64,000 bases of DNA from Anaeramoeba ignava BMAN (lineage: Eukaryota > Protista > Anaeramoebae), in NCBI GenBank assembly GCA_028826165.1, contig JAPDFW010000011.1, positions 310,001 to 374,000 on the forward strand, in the 5' to 3' direction. The notes below the pieces were generated by a model, which made no database searches, had not been told where the DNA came from, and saw only the letters and a list, made by a program, of their open reading frames with translations. Shown here piece after piece: positions 1-11,967 of the stretch (within the stretch, counting starts at the first letter, position 1; each line of letters starts with the position of its first letter). The position numbers and the translations under genes were made by a program.

Positions 1-3000
1 CGTTGAAAAATGGATTTTAGAAGAAAAAGATCGTCTTGTTGTTATTCATTCTAAAACTGGGAATGTATTTATTTTGATCCACCCAAAAAAAATAATCTTT
101 AATAATATTTAATAAAAACAATCACCAAAAAATAAAATTAAAATTAAAATTAAAATCAAAAATTAAAAATAAAATTAAAATTAAATTTAAAAATTAAAAT
201 TAAAAATAAAATTAAAATTAAAATTAAAATTAAAATTAAAATTTAAATTAAAATTAATATTAAAATTAAAAATTAAAATTAAAATTAAAATTAAAATTAA
301 AATTAAAATTAAAATTAAAATTAAAATTAAAATTAAAATTAAAATTAAAATTAAAATTAAAATCAAAATTAAAATTAAAATTAAAATCAAAATTAAAATT
401 AAAATTAAAATTAAATAGAGAAGAACAAGTGTAATGGTTTGCTGTTATTTACTTTATAATAAAACTGTTTCAACAGCAGAAGATGCAATATCATTTTTTG
501 AAACTTTAAGATCAACAGATAATAAAGTTTGGGATTAAATTAAGAAATAATGCAAAAGAAAAAAAACTCTATTAAACATTTTATAATAAATAGGAAAAAC
601 CAAATCCAAGTCAAATTCGTTATATTCATTATTTTGAAGATTTAGTTAAAAATGGAGTTAAACCAAAAAAAATTTGTTATTTTCAAAGAATTGTTGTTGG
701 ACCTTTAAAGAAAGTTGATATAAATTCACATGATAAATGTAAATCCAAAATAAATATTTAAAATAAAATATTTAAAATCCAAAATAAAATATTTAAAATC
801 CAAAATAAAATATTTAAAATCCAAAATAAATATTTAAAATCCAAAATAAATATTTAAAATCCAAAATAAATATTTAAAATCCAAAATAAAATATTTAAAA
901 TAATATATTATTTAAAATAAATATTTAAAAATAAATACTTAAAATCAAAAATATTTAAAATCAAAAAGGTCCAAATGTTTCTGTTCATACATTAAATGGA
1001 AAACTTTTATATTCAAGTCATGTAATATTTTAATAAAAATATTTCTTATTCAAAATAAAATTTTTTTTGAATATTTATTAATTAATCATGAATTTAAAAA
1101 AAAAATAGGAAAAAAATAAAGAAGGTTATGTTTCTGTTGATTCAAAAAAAAAAGTTTTAATAATCCTTCCTGATCCTGTTCCGTTAATTGGAGATTATAA
1201 GATCACTTTTTATAATTATAACGTACTTGACATTTTTTATTCAAATTTAATTTTTCCAATTAATTATTTTTTATCCGATTTTTGGTTCATATTTTTTTAT
1301 ATTTAGTCAACAATTTTTGTTTGTTGTTTTAATACTTCTTATATTAAGCAAAATTATATTAAATTTAGACAAGATGAACTTGATTCATTTGATAAGAAAC
1401 ATCAAAAAAAAGAAGGTGTTTCAGTTGAATTATTTTTTTCTTATTCTGAGAATGCTCAGAATAAATCAGGTTAAACATCTAAAAAATTCAAATTCAATAT
1501 TAAATTCAAATCCAAATTAAATATTAAATTAAATATAAAATTCAATATTAAAATTCAATATTAAAATTAAATATAAAATTAAATATAAAATTAAATATAA
1601 AATTAAATATAAAATTAAATATTAAATTAAATATAAAATTAAATATAAAATTAAATATAAAAATTAAATATAAAATTCAATATTAAATTAAATATAAAAT
1701 TCAATATAAAATTTAATATAAAATTCAATATAAAATTCAATATAAAATTCAATATTAAAATTCAATATTAAAATTAAATATAAAATTCAATATAAAATTC
1801 AATATAAAATTCAATATAAAATTCAATATTACACCTTTTCAACTTTGGTTTAAACCTTTTGCAAAAATATTTAAACCTTTTGCAAAAATATTTAAACCTT
1901 TTGCAAAAATATTTAAACCTTTTGCAAAAATATTTAAACCTTTTGCAAAAATATTTAAACCTTTTACAAAAATATTTAAACCTTTTGCAAAAATTTTAAA
2001 CCTTTTTTTTTAATTTAAACCCTTGTCGATTTCAGTATTTGGTTTCAACTTTTTTGACTCTCAATAAATAACAGGTTGAATTTTTTTTTGAAGATATCTA
2101 ATTTTTATTTTTTCTTCCAAATAATGATACAATCTCAAAGAGATGAAAGTGAACCAAATTTTGGATTAATTCAATCCAAGATTCAAATTGGTGCATTTAA
2201 TTCTATTGACTTTATTGACTTTTTACCATATTGTTTTCATGTATTACTTAAAGATGAAGGCTTTAAATTTATCTCTTATAATGTTATATTTTCATCACTC
2301 TAATATGACCACAGAAATATTGGAACATCTTCTCCCTTCTATACATTTTCTTTCATCTTATTCTCCTTTTCTTAATCGTGGTGAAAATGTTTATTTAACA
2401 GTGAAAAATTGTGTTGCTTTTCAACAATTCACAAATCAATAATCTCTGCTTGATTTGATCAAAGAAAGTTAACAAGAACTCTGGAGAAATCCCCAAATTG
2501 ATTATCATATATCAGTAGAAATATTATTCCCAAAACTTTGAACAAAGAATATATTCTTGATTTTTGAAAATCAAAATGAATTGAGATTTTGTATTCTCAT
2601 TTTCAATTCACAATCTTTTTCATCATCTTCCAAATTTTTTTCAAAAAAGAAAAATAAAAGTTTAGATGAAACTTTCAAAAGTCAAGGGTTTAAATAAAAA
2701 AAAGGTTTAAAATTTTTGCAAAAGGTTTAAATATTTTTGCAAAAGGTTTAAATATTTTTGCAAAAGGTTTAAATATTTTTGTAAAAGGTTTAAATATTTT
2801 TGCAAAAGGTTTAAATATTTTTGCAAAAGGTTTAAACCAAAGTTGAAAAGGTGTAAATTAAATATTAAATATAATATAAAATTAAATATAAAATTTAATA
2901 TAAAAATTAAATATAAAAATTAAATATAAAAATTAAATATAAAATTAAATATAAAATTCAATATAAAATTAAATATAAAATTCAATATAAAATTAAATAT

Positions 3001-4573
3001 AAAATTAAATATAAAATTAAATATTAAATTAAATATAAAATTTAATATAAAATTAAATATTAAATTAAATATAAAATTAAATATAAAATTAAATATTAAA
3101 TTAAATATAAAATTTAATATAAAATTAAATATAAAATTCAATATTAATTAAATATAAAATTCAATATAAAATTTAATATTATTAGAAATTTTAGCAACAA
3201 TCCACGATCTTGAAAAAACAAATCAATTTAGTTCTACTCCTGATTCAAATGAAAATAATAAAAAACAAAAAAGAAGAGTTAGATTTTCTTTTGATGGACA
3301 AAATAAAACAAATGATTTCAAAGTTGATGAAATTAACGCTAATGAGAATGATAATGATAATATTAACTTTCAAAAAATAAGTGAATCTAATGAAGATGAA
3401 ACACAATCAGGATATAAAGAAGATCGGCATGTTCGTTTTAATATTCCACAAGAAAATCAAAATGAAAACCAAAATAATAAAGAAAATCAAAATCAAAATC
3501 AAAATCAAAATCAAAATGAAAATCAAAATGAAAATCAAAATAAAGAAAATCAAAATCAAAATAAAAATCAAAATCAAGATGAAAATTCAGATGAAATTGA
3601 AATTGATTTAAATCAAAAAATTACTGATGATTTTTATTATCATGAAAATTCTAATTTAATTGAAGAAAAAAATTTAGAGGATTTAATTAAACAAAATTCT
3701 GATTCAGGATCTGATCAAGAATCAATGGAAGCAAAAATTCGTTTTGTTGAACAATTTTTATTATCAGGAAAATCATTAGAAAGTAATTCTGAAGATGAAT
3801 CAAAAAGCAATTCAAATGAAAAATTAAATCAAGATTCAAATGAAAATTTAATTGAGAATCTAATTTCAAATCGAGATTCAGATGAAAATTTAAATGAAAA
3901 TCAAAATCAAGATCAAGATGAAAATTTAAATCAAAATGAAAATGAAAATTTAAATGAAAATCAAAATTCAGATGGAAATGAAAATCAAAATTCAAATGAA
4001 GATGAAATTGAAAGATCAATTCAAGAATCATTTGAAAAATTAATTTTAGAATCAATTCAAGAATCAATTCAAAATTCAAATGAAGATTCAAATGAAGAGT
4101 TACAAGAATTAAAAGATATAAATGATTTAAATGAACTACTTGAAAAACAAAATCCAAAAGAAGATGAAATTAAAAATGAAATTAAAATTGAAAATGAAAA
4201 TCAAAATGAAAATCAAAATGAAAATGAAAATGAAAATGAAAATGAAAATGAAAATGAAAATCAAAATGAAAATCAAAATGAAAATGAAATTAAAAATGAA
4301 AATCAAATTAAAAATGAAAATGAAAATGAAAATCAAAATCAAAATCAAAATGAAAATGAAAATCAAAATGAAATTGAAAATCAAAATCAAATTAAAAATG
4401 AAAATCAAATTCAAATTGAAATTGAAAATCAAAATGAAAAACAAGATTTGGAATTTTTAATAAAACAAAGTCCAAAACCAAAAAAATCAAAAGCTAATAA
4501 AACTTCAAATTCACCAAAAAAAGTTAGATTTGAAAAAAAAGTTCGATTTCAATTTTCAAGTGATGATGATTAA
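1..4573 (+). CDS. PTEN/tensin-type phosphatase + C2 domain protein with long acidic ENQ-rich tail (5' partial; probable pseudophosphatase)
   Basis: Spliced exons ~<1-64, 419-526, 594-738, 969-1021, 1109-~1221, 1307-1469, 3186-4573 with GT-AG introns. They give VVIHSKTGN|RRTSVMVCCYLL, PSQIRYIHYF, PVPLIGDYKITF and FVCCFNTSYI...DELD, colinear with PTEN PTP and C2 motifs. The last exon is in frame with ORF 3725..4573. Confidence 0.85.
1832..2853. mobile_element. Non-autonomous IS630/Tc1-mariner-type DNA transposon with long TIRs, inserted at TA in a PTEN intron
   Basis: Ends CACCTTTTCAACTTTGGTTTAAACC... and ...GGTTTAAACCAAAGTTGAAAAGGTG are exact inverted repeats. TA flanks both sides (1830-1831, 2854-2855). 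TIRs ~1832-2025 and ~2683-2853 are built from a 21-bp unit (7 copies left, 6 right). Confidence 0.92.
2124..2540 (+). pseudogene. Degenerate DDE (IS630/Tc1, DDE_3-like) transposase C-terminal remnant
   Basis: Two overlapping frames give GLIQSKIQIGAFNSIDFIDFL...ISYNV / FHHSNMTTEILEHLLPSIHFLSSYSPFLNRGENVYLTVK, matching the DN..FHHS...FLPPYSPFLNPIE..K pattern. There is a frameshift, in-frame stops and loss of the second catalytic Asp. Confidence 0.75.
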
Positions 4574-4802
4574 AAAATAAAAAGAAATAAAAAGAAGAAA
4601 TTTAAAAACAGAAAAAAGTTAAAAAAGAAAAATAATAATAATAAAAAAACCATTTTGTTTTCAAATCAAAATTGTTTTTATTTTTGTTTTTTTTATTTGA
4701 TTCAAAATTGATTCCAAAAAAAAATAATAAATCAAAAATTATTTAATTTTGGATTTTGATTTTCAATTTTAATTCAATTTTTAATTCAATTCAATTTTTA
4801 AT

Positions 4803-7800
4803 TTAATTTAATTTAAAAGAAAGATTATCAAACCAATTATTAAAATCTTGAGTTGAATTAAAAGAAAAAAACCATTCTTTAGAATCACCAAGTGTTAAAC
4901 AAATTATTTTTTCTCTTTTCTTAAAAATATCCATAAATTTTGTAGAATTTATCAATTCTTTATTTTTAGAATTAAAGAAAATATCTTCATTAAAAGCAGT
5001 TATTTTTGCTCCATAAAGACTAAATCTATCTTGAATTTGAGTTCCATCAACATCTCTTGAAAAGTAAATATTTTGTGAAGAAAGAGTTAAATAACAATTA
5101 ACCCAATTATGAAGAGAATTATCAAAAACCTCAGCAGCACCACCAATATCTATAAAATATTTAAAATTATTAAATAAAAATTATTTAGAATCAATATTAA
5201 ATAATAAATATTTAAAATCAATATTAAATAATAAATATTTAAAATATTTAAAATAAATTTAATTAAATTGATAATCTACATAAACTTGATCCTCGATTTC
5301 TAGAATCATTTTTTTTCGTATTTTGTTTCTCTTGTGAAACTTCTTTTGATTCATTAATACTTTCTTGATCATTTTTCGAAATATTTTTGTTATTTTTTGT
5401 TTCTTGATTTTCTGGAAATTGAAATAATTTTATAGAATCCTTTTCAGAATCAAATTGTTTAAAAAGAAATTCAGCAGGAATTGAATTAAGTTCCCAAAAA
5501 TTAACAATTCTCATTACTCTTTCAGAATCCCTAAAAACTCTAATGGAAGTGGGAAGTTTTTCAAACATTTTGTATTTCCAATTATTTGAAGGATCAATGC
5601 GAGATTTTTTGCAAATCATTTCAACGCATTCTCCACAAGTCATTGTTTCATCAACAAAAATGGTTTTAAAAGAACCATCTTCTGCACAAACTCTAACAAG
5701 TGTTTTCGAGCCTGTCTTTAACATTTTAGACTCTTCAATGTTCAGTTTTGATTTGTAAAGTAAATGATAGAAATTATCGCTATTATCTCCTTTCCATCGA
5801 CTTTTCACAAACCAAATTTTCAAATTGGGATTTAATATACTTTCTTGAGATCCTATTTTTTCAACCATAACATAATTTTGTATATCCTTTTTGGAAGCAA
5901 GATTTTGCTGCAATAATCTCTTTTTCACAAATTCGCAGGCATCCGAAATTGTGTGTTCTTGGTTGAATCGAAGAGTTTTAAAAGATTTATCTTCAAAAAA
6001 TATTTTTAGCACTCCAAAAAATGTTTTTTCATGTTCTTGATGCATTTGATCCATTTTAGTATTTGTATTCGAAGATTTGGAGCCAATTATAGAAAGCTCG
6101 TTTAATAGAGTATCACTCACAAATCTGAGTGATTTTCTTCGATTTTCAATTTCTTTCTTTTTTTGCAATTCTTTTTGTTGCCTTTTGTTCTTGTTTCTGT
6201 TTTTTTTCCTGCTTTTCTTGTATCATAAATTTTATTTTTTTTGGATCTTGAGTGTTTTTCTCGTCTGAATAATCTTTTGCTTTTGAAATATTTTCGTAGT
6301 CTAATTCCTTTCTGATATTCAAGAAGGTTTCCAGTTGTTGGAAATTAAACTCTACTTTTTGTTCAAACTGAATAATTTGTTCCTTCATAATTTCAAGAAG
6401 TTTTTTGATTTCTTCCTTGATTTTTTGCAATTCTTGTGTTTTATTTTCTGGGATTATATTTTTTTCAAGATCAACACTTGACTCGTAAATTTCCAGAAGA
6501 TGATCAACTTTTTCTCGGAATTTTTCATTATTTTCTGAGACAATCAATTTTTTGTATTCATTAAAATATAAATCTTCGCTTTCATGGAAATAAAAGAAGT
6601 ATCTTTTGATTTCATTATCAGAATAAACAGCCTCATCAAAAGATTGATCGGCAACTTGGACAAGAGTTGATAATAAAATATTTGCATCCTCAAATAAATT
6701 GTCTTCAATATACACAAAAGATTGATCTATAATTTCCTCAAGTGTTTCTAATAATTGATATAATTCATCGTGATGAGTGATTGCTGATTCGAGATTTTCA
6801 TTTTCGGTTAATTCATATTTAATGATTCCTAGTTTGTCAAGTAATTTGATTTGTTTTAATAATTCTTTTTCCTTTGTGCTTAATGTTTCGATAAATTCTT
6901 TTTGATGAAGTGATATTTTTAAAAGATCTGGTTCAACATCGAAAATGAGTTGACAAAATTTTTGTAAGTAATATGGGATGTTATCTTCAAGTGAATGATT
7001 TCCTTGATAATTTTTTTCCATTTCTTCTCTATCAATGATAGCTTTTTGGATAAATTCTTCAGTTTTTTTATCTAATTTTCTTTTAAGTTCATCATCTATT
7101 TCAATATTATTTTCAATATTATTTTGATTTTCATTTTCAATATTATTTTCATTTTCAATATTATTTTCAATATTATTTTCATTTTCAATATTATTTTCAA
7201 TATTATTTTCATTTTCATTTTCATTTTTATTTTCATTTTTATTTTCAATTTTCATTTTCATTTTTAATATTATTTTGATTTTCATTTTCAATATTATTTT
7301 GATTTTCATTTTTATTTTTAATATCATTTTCAATATCATTTTTATTTTTATTTTCATTTTCATTTTCATTTTCATTTTCATTTTCAATATCATTTTCATT
7401 TTCATTTTCAATATTATTTTGATTTTCAATATTATTTTGATTTTCAATATTATTTTCATTTCCATTTTCATTTTCAATATCATTTTTATTTTTAATATCA
7501 TTTTCAATATTATTTTCATTTTCAATATTATTTTGATTTTCAATATTATTTTCATTTTCAATTTCATTTTCATTTTCATTTTCAATATTTTCAATATTAT
7601 TTTCAATATTATTTTCATTTTCAATATTATTTTTATTTTCATTTTCAATATTATTTTCAATATTATTTTGATTTTCAATATTATTTTCATTTTCATTTTC
7701 AATATTATTTTCATTTTCAATATTATTTTCAATATTATTTTCAATATTATTTTGATTTTCATTTCCATTATCATTTTTATTTCCATTTTCAATATTATTT

Positions 7801-8174
7801 TCATTTTCAATATTATTTTCATTTTCAATATTATTTTCATTTTCAATATTATTTTCATTTTCAATATTATTTTGATTTTGATTATTATTTTCAATATTAT
7901 TTTCATTTTCAATATTATTTTCATTTTGATTTTGATTTTCATTATCATTTTCAATATCATTTTCAAATTGATTATTTGAATCTTTTAATTGTTTTTTTTC
8001 TTCATTTTCCAAATTTGAAGAAACTGAATTTTGAAATCTTGTTTTTATAAATTTTCTTTGTGTTCGTTGATTCTGAGATGTTTTTTGATTTGAATTATAA
8101 GTTTTTCTTCTGTTTAAATTTCTTTTATGTTTTATTTTATTTTTCCATAAAGAAATTTGATCATTAGAAGACAT
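4803..8174 (-). CDS. Adaptor protein: EN-rich repeat, helical region, two Ras-associating/ubiquitin-like domains, C-terminal PH domain (2 apparent frameshifts)
   Basis: ORFs 7245..8174, 6146..7966 and 5263..6168 overlap in different frames. RA-like segments: LKIFFEDKSFKTLRF... and LVRVCAEDGSFKTIFVDETMTCGECVEMICKK. An intron at ~5150-5279 joins a last exon reading HNWVNCYLTLSSQNIYF...EWFFSFNSTQDFNNWFDNL (PH-like); stop at 4803. Confidence 0.7.
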
Positions 8175-8525
8175 TTTTAAAAGAATTTAAATAGAAATTA
8201 ATTATGAATTAATTAATAAGAAAAAAAAAAGTGGAAAAAAACAAAAGAAAAAGAAAAAGAAAAAGAAAAAAGAATAAAAATGAAATTAAATTTTTTTTAA
8301 TTAAAAATTTTTTTTTTGTTTATTATTAGTAAAAATTTTAATAAAATGAATAATTTTTATTAAAAATGAAATAATTTTTTTAATTTTAATTTAATTTGCT
8401 TTTTTTTTTATTTTTTTTTAATTTCATTTTTTTTTTTTGCTTTTTTTGCTTTTTGAAAAATTTATTTTATTTTTTTCAATTATTTTTTCCGTTAATTTTT
8501 AAATTTAAATAATTTTATTAACTTT

Positions 8526-11500
8526 ATGACAAACATTCCAGATTTTTTAAAACCAAAAGTTGAAGAAAAAAAAGAATCAGATTTTTTTTATATTCCTGAA
8601 AAAAAATCAAACAATGAATTTTCAACTGATTTAATACCTCCTCCAATTATAGAATCAATTGAACCTCCAAAATTTTTAGATAATTCAAATTTTGATAATA
8701 TTCCTCCTCCTATTATTGATAATATACCTCCTCCAATTATTGATGATGATATACCTCCTCCTATTATTGAAGAATCTCCACCAAAAGAAATTGATTCTTT
8801 TGAAATGAATGGTTATTTGAATATTTTTTTTAAATAAAAATTTATATTGAAAATTAAAATTCATTTCGAAATTAAAATTAAAATTAAAATTCATTTCAAA
8901 ATTAAAATTAAAATTAAAATTAAAATTAAAATTAAAATTCATTTCGAAATTAAAATTAAAATTCATTTATAAAATTAAAATTAAAATTGATTTATAAAAT
9001 TAAAATTAAAATTGATTTATAAAATTAAAATTAAAATTTATTTCGAAATTAAAATTAAAATTAAAATTCATTTATAAAATTAAAATTAAAATTAAAATTC
9101 ATTTATAAAATTAAAATTAAAATTGAAATTAAAATTAAAATTCATTTCGAAATTAAAATTAAAATTAAAATTAAAATTAAAATTCATTTCGAAATTAAAA
9201 TTAAAATTAAAATTCATTTATAAAATTTTTATTGAAAATTTTTATAGAAAATAAACCGAAAAAAGAAAAACCTAAAAAGCAAAGAAAAGTTGTTCCACAA
9301 TCAACACAAGAACAATTTGAAAAAGGTTAAAAAAAAATAAAAAGCATTTCAAAAACAAAAAAAAAATAATTTACATTTTATTATAATTATTTAATAAACA
9401 TAAACATAAAGATCTTGAAAAACTTAAAGAAATGAGACAATTAATATCATTGGAAAGCAAAAAAAACTTTGAAGTTGAAAAAGAAATTAAATCATTAGAT
9501 CAAAAAATGGTACTTGTTGAACAAAATAAAATATCAATTGAAGATTTACAAGTTTCAATAATTGATCCTGATCAAATTGAAAACAAAATTATTGAAGATG
9601 AAAAAATAAGCAAAAAATATGGAGCATTTTTCTTTTTATTATTTCAAGAACCAAAATATCTTGCTGGATTAGCAAGATTTATTAATACGAAGGAATGCGA
9701 TGATTTTCTAGAAACAATAATGTTTACTATTTATGGAAATCATTATAATCAACATGAAGAAAGACAATTATTAATTCTATTTGAATTGGCACTTAGAAAT
9801 GAATTCAAAAATTGCTCACATATTAATATACTTTTGAGAGCAAATACAACAGTAACAAAGCTACTATTTACTTATACAAGAAGAGGTCCTGGGCAGCTTT
9901 ATTTAAAGGATGTTTTAGCTAATCAAATTGAAGAAATTATTCAAAATGATGATTTGAATCTTGAAATTAATCCTGTTTTAATTTATGAAGAATGGTTGAA
10001 AAAAGAAGAACAATCAAATAATGAACAATCAGGTTTGAAAAGGAAATTAACTCATGATGAAGCTGTTCAAAATCCAAAAGTTATGGAGTTATTAAGACCA
10101 CGAGTTGTTAAATTGAAGGGAGTTTTTGATAAAGTAATAAAAAATATTTCAAAAATTAAATTAAAAATTAAAAAATATTTCAAAAATTAAATATATATAT
10201 TTATCTTTAGTTGCTAAAAGTTATATCAGACCATATAGAAGAAGTTCCTTACGGAATAAGGCTAATCTGCAAACAAATCAAAAAATTAACACTTGAATTC
10301 TTTCCAAATGCAGAACAAAATGAAATATCAGCATTAATAGGAGGATTTTTCATATTAAGATTTGTAAATCCAGCATTAGCAACACCAACAGCATTCCATT
10401 TGATTGAAGGAAAACTAACCGAATCAGCAAGAAGAAACCTCACATTACTAGCAAAAATGCTCCAATTATTGTCAAATATGGTCAGTGTTTTTGGCAAAAA
10501 GGAAATTTATATGGATATTCTTCGAGATTTTATGAAAGAAAAGAAAAAACAATTAACTCACTTTTTGGATCGACTTTGTGAAGTTGAAGATCTTGATTTT
10601 AGCCAAGCAATGAATAATGAAATATCAACAAATCGAGAAAAATTATTCATCAATATTCGATTGAATGAAATTTATAATTTTCATGATCTTATGAAGAAAT
10701 ATTGTGAAAGAATATCGGATGATCCAGAAGATCCAATGAAATCCATTATTTCTACAATTGGCGATGCACCAAAACAAGTTGTAAGAGAGCAAAATTTCAC
10801 ACTTGAACTTGAACTAGTGAACCAATTTTCAAACGTTAAGCAAAAAAAGGAAAAATCAAAGCTTTATAACCAAACAAAAGAAATGTTGGCAACAGTTTAT
10901 CAGCAATTGACTGCAGGATTTACTGAACAAGAAATGGAACAAATTAACTTTGTCAAATCTATTCAAAGATTACGAGCAGAAGCCAAATCAGCAAAAGATA
11001 GAAAAGCAAACCGTAAACTCAAGAAAATTTTATTGAATATGAAAAAACTTCTTCAGGAAAAAACCATTTCAAAACATGGAAATTATAAAAAACTTAGAGA
11101 AGATATTGCCAATTACATTTCACAAAGAAATCAAGAACATGGAAAAATTGTGATGGAACTTGAAACATTATCATCAGTTCAAGAATATGTCGATATCCAC
11201 ACAGAATATCTAAGAAATCAAGTCAAAATATATCAAGAATATTTGAAAACAAGAAAAATGTCAATTGAATCAAAACAATCAGAAGATTTACAAAAAAAGA
11301 AAAAAGCAGCAATTAAATATTCGTTTAAGGAATTCGATAAAACAGGTGCTTTGGCTAATAGTCAAATCCCAAAAGAGCGCCAAAGATTTGTTTTTTTTAC
11401 AATCACTCCTGGTTTGTTAAATGGTTCCGTTGTTTTTGAAGCTGCTTATCGAAATCGTCCAAATCCTATTTGCTCAAAAACTATTCGTTTGGAAGAATTA

Positions 11501-11599
11501 ATGGAATTACATCAAAAAGCTCAAAATGTTTTGGATTTGGATTCTATTGGTTTGAATGTGAATGGAATGATTAATCTTTTAAAAAAAAATTTTCTTTAA
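8526..11599 (+). CDS. Ras GTPase-activating protein, IQGAP-related Sar1/DGAP1 type (RasGAP + RasGAP_C)
   Basis: Exons 8526-8811, 9248-9325, 9412-10133, 10211-11599. Motifs LLRANT...TYTRRGPGQ, LEINP, VPYGIRLICKQI, GGFFILRFVNPALATP, RRNLTLLAKMLQ. Confidence 0.9.
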
Positions 11600-11967
11600 A
11601 TTTCATTGATTTCTTTCATTCTCCTTTTTTTTTTTAAAATTGATATTTTTTTTTCTCTTTTACTTTTTACTTTTTTTTCAAATCATTTCCTTTCAATTCA
11701 AATTTGTTTTGTGGCACTAATTAACCATAAAACCAAAAAATCAAAAAAAAAAAAAAGAATTAAAAATTAAAAAGAAAAAATTAAAAAATTAAAAAATTTT
11801 TAAAGTTGTTTCATTTCAAATCATTTCAAATCAAAAAAAAGAAATTCAAAAAAAAAAAAAAAGATTTGAATTTAAATTGATTCTTAAAAAAAAAATTAAA
11901 GGAAAAAAAAAGTGGAATGAAAAAATTTTTTTTTCTTTTTCTTTTTTCTTTTTTTCTTTTTGAGAAT

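Larger units (their letters stand above)
1500..3180. repeat. 12-bp intronic tandem repeat (AAATTAAATATA / AAATTCAATATA) interrupted by the transposon
   Basis: Array visible at ~1500-1830 and ~2856-3180; its register is continuous across the TA insertion site. Confidence 0.9.

Noticed and set aside
1852-2000. 21-bp direct repeats as a CRISPR array
   Set aside because: No spacers; they are mirrored at 2700-2835 as the TIR of a transposon.
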